Source: Callorhinchus milii (Eukaryota). Taken from it: a DNA stretch of 64,000 nt. The translations under genes and the position numbers were made by a program. Below are positions 12,760-25,347 of the stretch, one piece after another. The stretch spans positions 10,044,001 to 10,108,000 of the forward strand of contig NW_024704764.1 in the NCBI RefSeq assembly GCF_018977255.1, written 5' to 3'. A model generated the notes under the pieces. The model saw only the letters and a list, made by a program, of their open reading frames with translations, was not told the origin of the DNA and searched no databases. Positions within the stretch are counted from its first letter, which is position 1. Each line of letters starts with the position of its first letter.

Positions 12760-13330
12760 AATAATAATTACATTTGATACAGTTCCTTATCGCCTCTTCG
12801 TAATGTCTCAAAGCACTTCACACGATATACTGTAAAGTGGATCGCTCCCCCTACCTCTGTGACCCCCTAACCCTCTACCAACCTGCTGGTTTCCGCCCCT
12901 CACATTCCCCGCTTCGCCCGCCCCACCATTGGAGGATGGGCCTTCATCCACTCTGCTTCCACCTTCTGGAACTCTATCCCGCAGTGCCTCCGCCTCGCAC
13001 CTTCCCTTGCTTCCTTCAAGACCCTCCTCTTTGATCGTGCTTTCGATCACCTTCCTCCCCTGCCCTACCCTCTCTGATCCCAACCCCCAGCTCATGTCCG
13101 AAACACTGATTGTCCAGCGCCTTGGATATCCTGACATGGAAAGTGCTATACCAATGTAGTTTTGTCGTATTTTGTGGGTGAAACGAGCAGCCAATTGCGC
13201 ACAGCAGTGTCCCACAAACAGTCGTGGATTGAGTGACCGGTTTATTATTATTTTGTTTCTTTTGGAGGGATTATTAACACCTGGAAAGGGATCTGCCAAT
13301 CGACTAACATCCGGGTTGTCTGGCTCATTG
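12760..13330 (-). mobile_element. SINE (-) interrupted by an L2 fragment (+, ~12845-13165)
   Basis: The SINE tail reads up to tgtaaagtggatcg and resumes at tattttgtgggtgaaacgagcagccaattgcgc. The intervening sequence is L2-like (ctggaactctatccc, ttcaagaccctcctctttgatc). Confidence 0.75.
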
Positions 13331-14842
13331 TTGGGTGTCTCCTTAACTTGGGCGGGCAACAGACGGTCTTGATTTCAGGCGTTCAGCTAACGGCTGCTTG
13401 TTTCTGTCACAACACACGCACACCTTTGGTCCTTATTTACACCACACACCGGCATTGCAGGCGCTGGCCACACAAGGCGTTGCCGCTGTCCTGAGTCCCT
13501 CCCTCACTGCCCACACAGAGAGGTGGGACAGGGCTGGGTTTCTCCTGGAATGGCTCAGGAACAAATCAGCTCAGAGCTTTCTGAAAGATTTTTTAGAAAG
13601 AAAACTAGCAATTGGTGAGATGCAACTCCGGCTGAGTGTTTACGGTCTCTCCATTCTACAGCGGATGTTAAATATTATAATAATAATAATCCTGAGAATT
13701 GGACCCATCACTTTAAAGGAAGCTGATTCTGAGCAACAACAATAACAAGATTACATTTGTATAGCGCCTTTCACGTCGGGAGGACGTCCCAAGGCACTGT
13801 CGTTTCCAGATTTCTATCTCCCACCCCCCACCTCATCACAGCAGCCATACACGTGTTCACCTGCTCGCAGCAGCTCTTTGAAACAATTTAACACTCATAA
13901 TAATCTTTGCATTTGATAGACCGGCTTATCATGTCTTCAGGACGTCTCACAGCGCTTCACAGAACACATTGTAGAGTGTGGTGTCTGTGCATTTTGTGGG
14001 TGAAAAATATACACTTCCAGAATTTCTCCAAATTCTGCACGCGCCTATTTCTGATCTTTTTTGTTTTATTCCTTTCCCCAACCCTCCTGTCTCCGACATG
14101 TGTTGATATTTTATACCCGGGCTGAACACTCACATCCTGTTGCCAGAACCAATTCATTTTTATTGTTCCATCTGCAACATAAAGGCAGTTTCAAAAGGGG
14201 CTGTTTTCCCGAGTGGGTGAGAAACCTCAACGGCTCGCAGGTAGCCTGCAGTCTGGCCCCATCCATCCTGTGGGATCTGCCAAGATTCCCTCCCCTAATC
14301 CTGAGAGTCCCCCCCACCCCCTCCATCCCCACACACGCAAACACCTGGGACATTGGGTGAGGATAAGATAGGGCTCAACAGGTTTCCCCCAAACCCCCCC
14401 TCACTGGGACCAGCAGAAGACTTGGGATGAAGCTGCTTTGCAATCAGACAGAATGTTTAACTATTTTTCCAGGGAAATGCCAGCAATGAATCCCTGTCCC
14501 TGTCTGTCCCCGTCCAGCCCTGGAGTTATCTGCCTGCGCTGCTCTCGGGATAGGCCCAGAGAGACGTCTGGACCTGCCGTATAGCAATGGCGCCGCCTTG
14601 TAGCACAATGTTGTAACATCAGCCCGAAGTTCACCGCAATCTGAGGTGATGCATTTTTTTTGGGGGGGGTTTTAAATAATAATCCTCACTTTCGCCTATG
14701 AACACCGAAAGGCGATTTGCAGGGAACTGCCGTAAACTGCAGTGATTTTACTTGTAGCCAATTTGCGCCAATACCTGCGGCATTGTTGGTCAGGAGACGG
14801 GGAGACATTGCTATTGTAACACCCACTTGATTAAGGTTTAAA

Positions 14843-15050
14843 CGTAGAATTATACAGCACAGAAGGAGGCCATTCGGCACATTGTGTCTGTGCCAGAGCT
14901 TCCAAATCAATCACACTCCCACCGCGCTCTCCCCATAGCCCTGCAAACTTGCCCTCCCCAAATAATTATCTACTTCTCTCTCAAAAGTTGTTATTGAATC
15001 AGCTTTCACCACCTTTTTAGGCAACATCTCAAGATCTTTAATCCCATTAA
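14843..15050 (-). mobile_element. CR1 LINE 3' fragment
   Basis: Minus strand encodes LPKKVVKADSITTFEREVDNYLGRASLQGYGES (typical CR1 RT C-terminus), followed by the gccgaatggcctccttctgtgctgtataattct tail. Confidence 0.8.
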
Positions 15051-15054
15051 TCCC

Positions 15055-15373
15055 GGAGTCCTGTAGCTCAGTGGTTAGAGCACTCGCTTTGTAAGCGAGA
15101 GACCTGAGTTCAATCCCAGGCAGAGGGCCAAACCTTGGGCAAGTTTCCTTACTCCACACAGAGCCTAATAATAATCCTCCAAAACCAAAAACAATAATAA
15201 ATTGGTCATTTTCAATCTACGACACTTTGTGGGACATTACTGTGCGCAATTGGCTGCCGCGTTCACCCACAAATATACAGTCAATTCACATTACAGTGTG
15301 TTCTGTGAAGCGCTTTGGGACGTCCTCCTGACGTGAAAAGCGCTATATCAAATGCAAGGATTATTATTATTAT
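15055..15373 (+). mobile_element. Full-length young tRNA-derived SINE
   Basis: Head ggagtcctgTAGCTCAGTGGttagagc (A box) ... GAGTTCAATCC (B box); body tgtgggacattactgtgcgcaattggctgccgcg; L2-type tail and (att)n. Confidence 0.92.
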
Positions 15374-16150
15374 TTACTCCCCCTGACTCCCCACCTCTTA
15401 ATACTCCCACCGCCCAAGTATCTGTGTGCCACCCAGAAAATGTACAGTCACTATACTTTACAGTCTATCCTGTGAAGTGCTTTGAGAGGGCTCAACGACA
15501 TGATAAGGCGTTATATCAACTGCACGTATTATTATTATTACACATTCCCAATTCATTTAACAACAACGACAACAACAAAATTATATTTATAAAGCGCCTT
15601 TCATGTTGGGAGGACGTCCCAAAGCACTGATGGGATTTAAATCTGCAGCTCTGGTTTGTGTCGTTGCTGGCTGTGTGAAAGGGTTAACATGTGAGGCAGA
15701 CTCTTATTTTCAAAGAGAATTTGCGTTTACACTTCACAGCCACGTTACACAAGTCCCGCTGAGCAGCAGCCGTTGATTCCTGGTAACCTCATTCACATTG
15801 TAACGTGTAATGGGTGTGTTAACATGCGACTCAGAAGTGAAGCTATTTGCAACGAGGAAACAACTCACAGAAAGTTGTGAACAAGTTTACACTGACTTTT
15901 CACACAACCCCTCACTGGGCAATCCACTCCCACCATTGCCTGGTGCTACTGAATTACACTGGGAGTCAGGGACTCCGCCTTATGACTGTCACACATGTTG
16001 GGGATTAGTATCTGTGACAGGACAATGGGACATGGGAGCGCACTTGTGTCCATCAGTCTAACACGGCTAAATATTGCCCATCTCTGGGAAACCCATTATG
16101 AATAATATTGCTGTTAATTTCTTCTGGGAGCGATGTTAAAAAAAGAACTT

Positions 16151-16410
16151 AATAATAATAATAATAATCCTTGCATTTGATATAGCGCTTTTCACGTCGG
16201 GAGGACGTCCCAAAGCGCTTCACAGAACACACTGTAAAGTGAAATTGACTGTATATTTGTGGGCGAACGCGGCAGCCAATTGCGCACAGCAATGTCCCAC
16301 AAACAGTCGTGGATTGAAAATGACCAATTTATTATTGTTTTTTTTTTTTTGGAGGGATTATTATTAGGTGTGTAAAGCGAGTGCTCTAACCACTGAGCTA
16401 CAGGACTCCC
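16151..16410 (-). mobile_element. Young SINE with an internal deletion; TSD AACTT
   Basis: Reverse complement of 15055-15373 lacking the B-box segment; flanked by aactt at 16146-16150 and 16411-16415. Confidence 0.88.
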
Positions 16411-16762
16411 AACTTGTTTTTTGCAGCCGCTGAAACGCCCCAACACGCTGCACAAGTGAATCGCTTGTCAAGCGTAGAGTGACCGGTTTCGTAGGCAAAA
16501 ACCTAGCGGCCGCCGGCAACCAGAGAGGTCCCAGGCAGGAGGCGAACGGACGATTAACCTGGAGGATTGTCGGCCGGGGCTCGCTCCGACTGGCCGGGCT
16601 TCAGGCTGCGAGGCGCCAGGAGCGGCTCCGCGATCAGAGGGTTCCATTAAGTGAATTTATCACAATATCTTTACAGCAGGAAATCTCTTTATAATGTAAG
16701 GAAGAGAAGCTTCCTGTGGTCAGCAGCTGAGCAGCGCTGAGCAGCCACGAGGAGAAGATCAC

Positions 16763-16778
16763 TGGCGCCCTCCGGTGG
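16763..16778 (-). promoter_or_regulatory. CTCF-like motif
   Basis: Minus strand CCACCGGAGGGCGCCA versus the core CCASYAGRKGGCRS. Confidence 0.45.
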
Positions 16779-16904
16779 AATATCTTGTAAGATGGTCAGC
16801 GACAATAACACATATGTTCACGTAAATCACCCCCCGCAATGACGGTCGTCACCCACAAAGCACCTTTTTTTTTTTTCGCAGAGAACGGGTGGAAATCTGA
16901 GCGC

Positions 16905-17135
16905 GGTGGGAGGTGAGCGAAGGCAAGGCCCGGGTGGTCGGTGATCGAGGAAGGAAGGCGAAGGAAAAAAAGAGAGGGAGAGAGGGAGTGTGTGTGTGCC
17001 TGAGGCGCAGGGATTGTGGGAGTGAGTTCCAGAGACTGGGGGCAAAGTGGCTGGAAGCTCGGCCACCGACGATGGGTGTGAGAGTGGGTAAGGGCTGTGG
17101 GGATGTGAGGGAGGGGGAGGTGGGGATGTGAGGGA
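16905..17135 (-). mobile_element. L2 LINE fragment
   Basis: Minus strand encodes VGGRASSHFAPSLWNSLPQSLRL, the L2 RT C-terminal motif. Confidence 0.75.
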
Positions 17136-19034
17136 GGGGGAGATGGGCAGTTATATTGCCGCAGGTGACTGTCACACCTACTCTGGAGGGTGGGAACCCT
17201 GAATGGAAATGTTTGATATAATAGAAACAGCATAACACCAAGATTACCATTATTATATTATATTATGTTTTACGTGAAAGAAGCTCTGAAACTGCTGATC
17301 TGAAGGACTTGTAGCCGAGGCGACTGTTGGCTCTGTTCCCCCCTTCCCCACCCCACAATCACACGTTCTCACCTCCGCACCACTGTCTCAGCTAATTTGC
17401 TGAGCTGTTAATTCCTGCTTGACACTGTTTGACAACTTTTCCTTTCATGTTGTCAGGTTTTAGGGGCCTTTTCTTCTGCACTTCCACAGGCTGATAAAAG
17501 GATTAAATAATACCTCCGGCCCCCAAGCCCGCCCTGTCCACATTCACTCACATCAGCAGCTTCCAGCCTGCAACTCACACACTGATGTGAAGCACTGAGC
17601 TCTCCAAGAACACCTTTATTACCTGGGGTGGGTGGGGGGTGGAGAGAGTGTGTTATCTGTCACGACTGTGCCTATGGCCACCATCGTCTTCACACAGCGC
17701 CCTTCTCCACCATTGTAGAGATCCCATGAGATGTCAGCCTACGAAAAGTTCGCTGTATAAATTCAAGAGGACGTTGTTGTGGTTGCCCTATTCCTATCAT
17801 TCTCTCGAGGCCAAGACAGCGAGAGTGATGAGGCCATGTTGGTTGTGTGATTGACAGTGAGGGCCTGACCAGAGAGAGAGAGAGAGAGAGAATATAAAAA
17901 GCGTCAGCGATGAAGCTGCCGGTTGAGGCTGATTGCGGTTGTTGTCTGGCGGAGAAGGGAGGAGATGAAGGGATTTAATGGTTGGGTGACAGGAGCAGAT
18001 TTACCCCCCCCTCCCCCGTCTCACCCCACCCACATCTGTAATATCTGGCACCACTCCCTGACCTCACCCCCGCGCACTTTTAATGAAAGAAGAAAAGAGA
18101 ATGAATGAAGTCCCCAGCGATGCGTAGCAACTGTCTGAGGCATGCGGGGGCCGGGGCTGGGAAACAGCACCAGCATCCAGACTGACTCACAAACAAGGCA
18201 AATAAAAGCAGCCAACAATAGCTGCAGAATGTGTCACTGGCAACAGGTCGAATTCCTGCCCTGGTCTGATTGATGCTCAGGAGCATCGCTGCTACTCGCA
18301 GATCTGAGGCTCAGGAGGCTGTCTGCACACACGCGGACTGTGTCTTTAATTCTTAAAGGGGGCGTCTGTGGAACACACAGAAAGCGTTACAGGAAAAGGG
18401 CAGTAATAAGAATAATCCTTGCATTTGATTTAGTGGCTTCCACCATCCTGGCAGCCGCTTGACGTGTTGTGTCCCAAACTATATCCGGTATCTATCCCCA
18501 GATATCATATTACGTTCCAGCGGAAATCTGTTCAATTTATTCGGGCACTTTCAGCTTCCGCTGCCCATCTCCCTAGGGAACCTGTTCCATAAGTTTACTA
18601 CTCGCTCACTGAAGTAGTGTCTCCGAGGATTTGTCCTGAATTTACCCCCTCAATCGCAGGCTGTGTCTCAAGTTAAAACACCTTCTCGTGGTCTGCATTA
18701 TCCAGTCCTTTTTTCCAATAACCCTCAGAATCCAGACTAAGGTCCTTTATTAAGGAAATTCTGACAACTTTTCTTTAAATTAAAGATTAAAGGATTAAGA
18801 AGTAGGGAGGATGGGGGCTGTTGGTGGGTGGGGGCTGAGGGGATGGGAAAGGATTTATAGATTGGCCACATGGATCACTGGCGCCCCCTCCTGCTGGACT
18901 GTGGTATTGCTCCTGTCTCATTCAGCGTCTCAACACGGGATCAGCTCAGAGCTATTTGTGGTGTGAGCGCCTCACGTTGTCTTACAGTGAGAAGGTTTCT
19001 CTCTCTCTCTTTTCCCTGCCTCCTGTCTCAGAGT

Positions 19035-19290
19035 TAATAATAATCCCTGCACTTGGTACAGCGCCTGATCACATCTACGGGACGTCTCAAAGCGCTTCAC
19101 AGAATATACCGTAAAGTGAATTGACTGTGTGTTTTGCAAAACAGGACAACCAATTACATACAGCAGCGTCCCACAGCCGGACATGAATTGAGTGACTAAA
19201 TTATTATTATTTAATGTCATTAACAATCCTTGCATTTTTGACCTAGCACCATTCCCGTCAGGAGGACGTCTCAAAGTGCTTCTCAGGATT
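19035..19290 (-). mobile_element. SINE 3' fragments (two tails)
   Basis: ataataatccctgcacttgg..gacgtctcaaagcgcttcacag..., with a second tail at ~19225-19285. Confidence 0.7.
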
Positions 19291-20410
19291 TATTGTGTTT
19301 TGTGGACAAGTTTTCAGCTTGGTCCTGATCTCAGTCACTGGTGGGAATGAGTTCAAAATCCCAACCAGCCTCTGGTGGGAAGATATTCTTTCTAAACCTC
19401 TCCCCGATTCCTCTGCTAATAATACTGAGATTGTGGGGGAGGGGGGTGGTGGTGTCGGTGAAGGGCTGGTGGGGAGGGAATAATTTTCGTGGCCAGCCCG
19501 CCAGCTCTGGATGGTTTAGTGCCCACACCAAAGCGGCCCTTATAAAACCATCAGGATTTTGTCCAGGGTCTGAGGAAGGAAGACAAAGTGTGAGACAATA
19601 AGCAGGAAACAGAGCGTCATTGGGGCTCCTGAGCCACATCGAATCGCATTGATCATCCTCAAGCTGCTCGTTTTTAAGATAAAATAGACCCCTTGACAAC
19701 AGGATATCTGTAATTAAACCCTCTCTCAGCCAACCTCCATTCTGTACCCAGCCCGGCTCAGCAGTCACGGAAGATTGCGAGGCTGACCCTCTTGTCAGGC
19801 ACTGTCAGTCTACTCCGTTCCCCTTTTCATAGACAGAATAAATGATATCTGCCCCGTGCTTTGAGCTGAATAGTCCCAGACAAGCTATCTGCTGGGTTTA
19901 ATCTCCTGAAGACCCACTTGAACCATTAATCTTCTTTTGATGAAGATCTTGCCAATCCCAGGTTTGGAGCATTGGGATCTTCGAGGGGGCTCATCCGTCA
20001 GTGTCACTGGGAGAAAAGAAGAGGTTTATTACAGTCCAACTGAGCCGTGCCCCCTGCCTGCAGCCTTCATCCCTCTGTCTGAGGGAGTCACAGCTAATCA
20101 CTCGGCTTCTGGACATGACTGGCATTTAACTCTTTCAGTCAAGTAATCTACTGTGAACCTACCCACATGTGGTTTGGTATAACAGCAATCCTTGCATTTG
20201 CTATAGCGTGTGACGTTGAAACGTCTCAAAGTGTCTCGCAGGGAGTTGATGTCAGGTGGTTTTGGTAGGCGACATCAGCAGCTAATTTGTGCACAAAGTG
20301 AGTGACCAATTTCTCTGGAGGGGAAACTTAGTCTCCAGACAAGCAGGATGGGAGCATTAAATTGTCGGTTGTGTGGAATAAATCCATTTAATCTAATTTT
20401 CCTGACTTTT

Positions 20411-20595
20411 AATAATAATAATAATCCTTGCATTTGATATAGCGCTTTTCACGTCGGGAGGACGTCCCAAAGCGCTTCACAGAACACACTGTAAAGTGAA
20501 TTGACTGTATATTTGTGGGCGAACGCGGCGGCCAATTGCGCACAGCAATGTCCCACAAACAGTCGTGGATTGAAAATGACCAATTTATTATTGTT
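20411..20595 (-). mobile_element. Young SINE 3' half
   Basis: Nearly identical to 16155-16338. Confidence 0.88.
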
Positions 20596-20947
20596 TCGTT
20601 TTGTCGTTCTCCCGACGTGAAAAGCGCTATATCAAATGCGAGGATTATTATTATTATATAGTCGCACAGCAGTAATAACAAATAATAATCCTTGCGTTTG
20701 ACATCGCGCAATTCCCGCCCAAGTTGCAAAGCGCTTCGCGTGATTTTTCACTGCGTAAAGTGTAGTGACTGTGTATCGTGTCCCGGAACAATTGGGGGTG
20801 GATGTTTATATGGGGAAATGGATCGGGAAGGCAGAAAGAAAAGGTATGAAGAAAGAGGGAGGAAATGGGATTTAAAGCTCCAATCGATCGGGTCGATGGT
20901 CTGAGGGTTTCCTCCGCACTACAGTAACAGCTGCTCTGGGCACAACA

Positions 20948-21440
20948 GGACTACATCTCCCAGAATGCCCTGGCGGCGCGCAGGCGCTGTAGTGCACAAC
21001 CCGGGGTGTGGGGGGGGGGACGACGACGCACACACACGCATGACGTTACGAAGACACGCCTTACCTGCTGCCGGGATGATGCCGCCCCCAGCGAGCGCTG
21101 ATTGGCGACGCTACCCGGTGATGTCACCGTGACGCCGTCTGATTGGACTCGGACGGCTGTCGGTCAGTCAGCGGGGCGGGGCCGGGCCGGGCCGGCCCAC
21201 GACGTCGGGGCGGGTCGACGTGAGCGTGAGGGGACGTCGACCGGCCGAGCGGGCTGTCAGTCATCGGCGGGGGGGCGGGAGCTCTCGCCCACGGGCGGCG
21301 CTTGTTGGTGGAGAGGGCGGGTGATGTCACCGCGGGGAGCGCTGATTGGACCGCGAGCCCGTCAGTCCGGCGGCGGCGGGGGTTGGGGATGCGCGGCGCG
21401 GGCGGCGCGGGAGGGGAGTTGATTCGGGGGAAGATGGCGG
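20948..21440 (+). promoter_or_regulatory. PSMD11 CpG-island promoter: ZNF143/THAP11 motif, three CCAAT boxes, YY1-type site over the ATG
   Basis: ACTACATCTCCCAGAATGC at 20950-20968; ctgattgg at 21098, 21139 and 21342; AAGATGGCGG at 21431-21440. Confidence 0.75.
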
Positions 21441-21521
21441 CGGCTCTGGTGGAGTTCCAGCGGGCGCAGTCCCTGGTCAGCACCGACCGCAACGCGTCCA
21501 TCGACATCCTGCACAGCATCG
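21434..21521 (+). CDS. PSMD11: 26S proteasome non-ATPase regulatory subunit 11 (Rpn6), exon 1 (88 nt)
   Basis: [29 protein letters not shown]; donor atcg|gtgagt. The 13 coding exons total 1266 nt = 421 aa + stop. Confidence 0.95.
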
Positions 21522-21842
21522 GTGAGTGCGGGGCGCGGCGCGGGGGTGGGGGGGGGAGGAGGGGGCGGGCGAGGGCCCCGGGACAGGCCGAGGCTCCGGG
21601 CCCCTCAGCCCCGGGAGGAGGCGGCGGCCGCGGCGCTGCTGACTCACTACGAGCGCGGGGTTCGGGCCTAGTCGGCAGCGGCTCAGCCTCGGGCTCGGGT
21701 CCAGGCTCCAGGCTGCAGGCGGCGGGGGCACAGGGGCTGAGTCCGGGCTCGGGCCGGTGGAGGGGGTTTGTGGGGAGAAGCTGCGGCCGCTTTCCCTGAA
21801 TATTAGCCAAGTCATTGCCCCCCCCCCCCCCCGCACTGGAGA

Positions 21843-22024
21843 NNNNNNNNNNNNNNNNNNNNNNNNNNNNNNNNNNNNNNNNNNNNNNNNNNNNNNNNNN
21901 NNNNNNNNNNNNNNNNNNNNNNNNNNNNNNNNNNNNNNNNNNNNNNNNNNNNNNNNNNNNNNNNNNNNNNNNNNNNNNNNNNNNNNNNNNNNNNNNNNNN
22001 NNNNNNNNNNNNNNNNNNNNNNNN
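21843..22024. other. Assembly gap (182 N) next to a CA-rich low-complexity tract
   Basis: Run of n; degenerate (CA)n at 22025-22330. Confidence 0.99.
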
Positions 22025-22330
22025 ACACACACACTTACCCACACACACACCCACATACACTCACCCACACACACATACACTCACTCATACACACTCACCC
22101 ACACACGTACACACACGCACTCACACATTCACACTCACCCACATACACTCACCCACACGCTCATTCACCCACATATACCATACACACACATACACACACT
22201 CACTCATCGACATGTACACTCACTCACACACATTCACTCACTCCACACACACTTACCACTTATTCACTGTTTGCTGCCCCTCTCACACACACACAGCCTT
22301 ATATAGACACAGATTGTCTCACACAGCCAC
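22025..22330 (+). repeat. Degenerate (CA)n/CACT low-complexity tract
   Basis: Seen directly. Confidence 0.85.
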
Positions 22331-24982
22331 AGGCAGTGTCACACTGATGGCCACTCACACACAGGCCTCTGTGATCAGCCCCACAGTGACACAGCTACAA
22401 ATAATCTCACGCATTCAGACAGGCACACAGCGACATAGAAACACACAGTGACCTGGCCGCTTCTAAAGTCTCTCATTCTGATTGTGTCCTGACAGCAACA
22501 CAACTCAACGCCGCATTTGCCTGCAAGTAACAGTCCCTACACTTGACAGCAGTTCTCTGTGAAGCGCTGTGACAGGTGTGGGGATTGTTCGTTGACTTTC
22601 TTCTCAAAAGTTTCTCCCGTTCGCTGACTCACTCGTTCGAAAGGGAACCAAATAAGCACCTGAGCACTATACATTATTAAGGGATGTGGGGAGAGAACTG
22701 GAAAGCAAGATTCAAAAAAAAAAAGTGACCCGTGCCACAGACATGGTGTGACAAATGAATTGTCTATATGTGGGTCAGCAATGTCCTGAGCAGGAGATGC
22801 GAAGGTGTGGGCCTTCGAAGGAATGTTCTGGGACGCTACCCTACACGAGGGGCACTATATAAATGCGAGTTGTTATTGTTGCTTCTTTCAACCTACATCA
22901 AATGCAGACTCCACTTTTAATGGTGTTCTCGCTGTCTATTCATTTTGGGAAACTTCTCTTACAAACGTAAGAGGTGAATTGCATGTCTCTGCCTTTTTAT
23001 TATTGCTGATGGGCGAGTGCACAACACAGGATCAGAGCTCCTCGCAGTGTGGTTAGAAGACAACTTTGGCTGTGTTCTTGCAGAGCTGTAAGATGCCGCA
23101 CTCAGTTCTTGTGTGTTCATGTAATTCACTGTAACAGCTCCCCTCGAGTAAAGATTGATGTATGGAACAGTAAATGTCCTTCGTCTGATTGAGATGCATG
23201 TGGCTTTGCAATGGTTCGGTGTCTATCAATGGATGGAATGTTTTGTTGAGAATCCTGGTGATTGACAAACGGGCCGGGGGAGAGCTGAGCGTTTAATATA
23301 TATTCTGTTACCTCTGATGAGTAAGTTACCTGATGGAACAGAGCTCCATCAAGGAGGATTCGAGTTTCCAGTTGCCTGTCATGGAAGTAATGCAGTAAAT
23401 GCTTTAGCCTGAGACATCATGTCATGTATGTGTATCCACACCATCCCATTCTGCACTAGCTTTGTTTAAAGCTTGATTTGGAGCCATTGGGACGTCCTCC
23501 AGACGTGAAAGGCACTATACAAGTGTAATTTGATGTTGTTGTTGTTATTGTCTATAATGACTGACCTCAACACTGAGTATTCCATTCCAAAAGCTTAAAT
23601 TGGTCTGATATAGAAGTTACACTAGTCTAACACGGCCAGGGTAGGTTAACAAAGTTTGAATTTACTCCTTGAAAATCCCTTTTGTCTCTTCACGAACCTG
23701 CAACCTCGTTGTTGACCATCAGGATTAAGAGGAGAACAGTCCACATCGGGTGTATTCGGAAATGTTCCTATCTCACTTCTCTTGTCCCCTCACTGGAATT
23801 GCCAGTCATTGCCTCGCCACTGTTCACCACTCTCCTCAGTGGCTCAATTCAAAGGTGAGCAATTGTGATGTAGGAGTTCTAGGAATCGATCCAACAAATC
23901 TACCCTTTTTTATGAATGATCTCACCCACATTTTGCTGCCTTTCTAAGCACCTCCTCTTTAGCCTAAAATACATTCAGTTGGAATTACTTCCAATGACTT
24001 CCTGCCATGACGTCTGTTGTTGTGTGAGATCACTCAGACAGAATTCTGAATGATCCTAATGTTGACCATATTTGTTCCCGGTTGTTTGGGCTGATGGACT
24101 TTTGGGTCTGTGGTACTCGATGCAGAACACAGGAGTCTTGAAGGAGGCAAGGGAGGGGTCGAGGCAAAGGGACTGTGGGGTGGAGTTCTAAAGGGTGGGA
24201 GCAGAGAGGCTGAAGGCCTGACCAACGATGGTCAGAACAACGTGAAATTGGTCATAATTATCTTCAATGTACCAACCGCCTTCCTATGCAATTGAACAAT
24301 GTGGTAAAGTAACTGAGGGGGTTTTAAATTGAGGCTCAGTGAGCGTGTTTTCCAGTTGCCAAGAATAGATAACGCAACAACAACAGCTTGAATTTACACA
24401 ACGCCCCCCCCCCCACGCAAGGTGACGTCCCAGAGCGCTTGACACTGGCGGAGCACGACACCGAACCGGGAGGGAGGGAGGTGACGGTAAGCACAGGTGA
24501 CACTTTAATTTGCACCTTTTCCAAAATGATCATTGTGGACGAGCTGCTGGGAAGGACTTCAAGGTTGTCCTGTTTGCAGAGCCTGCAGCCTGAGGTCAGC
24601 CTGACAGCGTGAGGAATCTCAGCAAGTTGCACTTTGTTTCCAAGAGTTAGTTCATCTTTGAATCAACCACTGAGATTCTAGAGAATAAAAAAATAAAAAT
24701 GTGTTCTTCCCTGGTCAGGGCAGTCTGCCTGTGCTGTGCTGGTGTTGCTGGGGAGCGAGTTTGACCACAACAGGATCCTCTGTCGCTTCTCACTGTTTCT
24801 GCCCTGAGCAGACAGTTTCTGTGGTGCCCTCAGTCACGTGCAGAGTAAAACTTAGTTTGATATCTTGTATATTCAGAAGGTCAATGTTTTAGTGTATTGT
24901 AAAGAACCTGGCGTTTCTGTGAGTTCTCATTGGACATGGGCTCACAATCGGACACATTTATAAATGCAGATTACTGTATAAC

Positions 24983-25347
24983 GGAGTCCTGTTGCTTAGT
25001 GGTTGGAGCGCTCGCCTCGCAAGCGAGAGACCAGGCAGTGCAAAACGTTGGGCAAGTTTCCTTAGCTCCCCTCGCCTCTGTTTACCTAGCAGTAAATGGG
25101 AACCCGGATGTTAGTCGATTGGCGGATCGCTTTTCCGGGGGGTACTAATCCCTTCAAAACAAATCATAATAATAATTTGGTCACTCAATCCGCGGCTGTT
25201 TGTGGGACACGGCTCTGCACAATTGGCTGTTGCATTTCGCCCACAAAACATACAATTCACATTACAGTGTATCCGGTGAAGTGCTTTGAATCGTCTCATA
25301 GATGTGATCAGGCGCTATATAAAATGCAAGGATTATTATTATTATAT
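24983..25347 (+). mobile_element. Near full-length tRNA-derived SINE, older subfamily
   Basis: ggagtcctgttgcttagtggttggagcgctcgcc head; body ttagtcgattggcggatcgcttttcc; tail tgtgatcaggcgctatataaaatgcaagg(att)n. Confidence 0.85.

Noticed and set aside
15055-15130. tRNA-like sequence with A and B boxes
   Set aside because: It is the head of a SINE, continuous with the repeat body and tail; no proper acceptor stem.
17890-17980. TATAAAA followed by an ATG, suggesting a hidden gene between ARF and PSMD11
   Set aside because: The ORF is only ~22 codons, with no homology and no supporting exon chain.
23314-23345. CTGATGA as a second hammerhead core
   Set aside because: No stem II followed by GAAA at a suitable distance.
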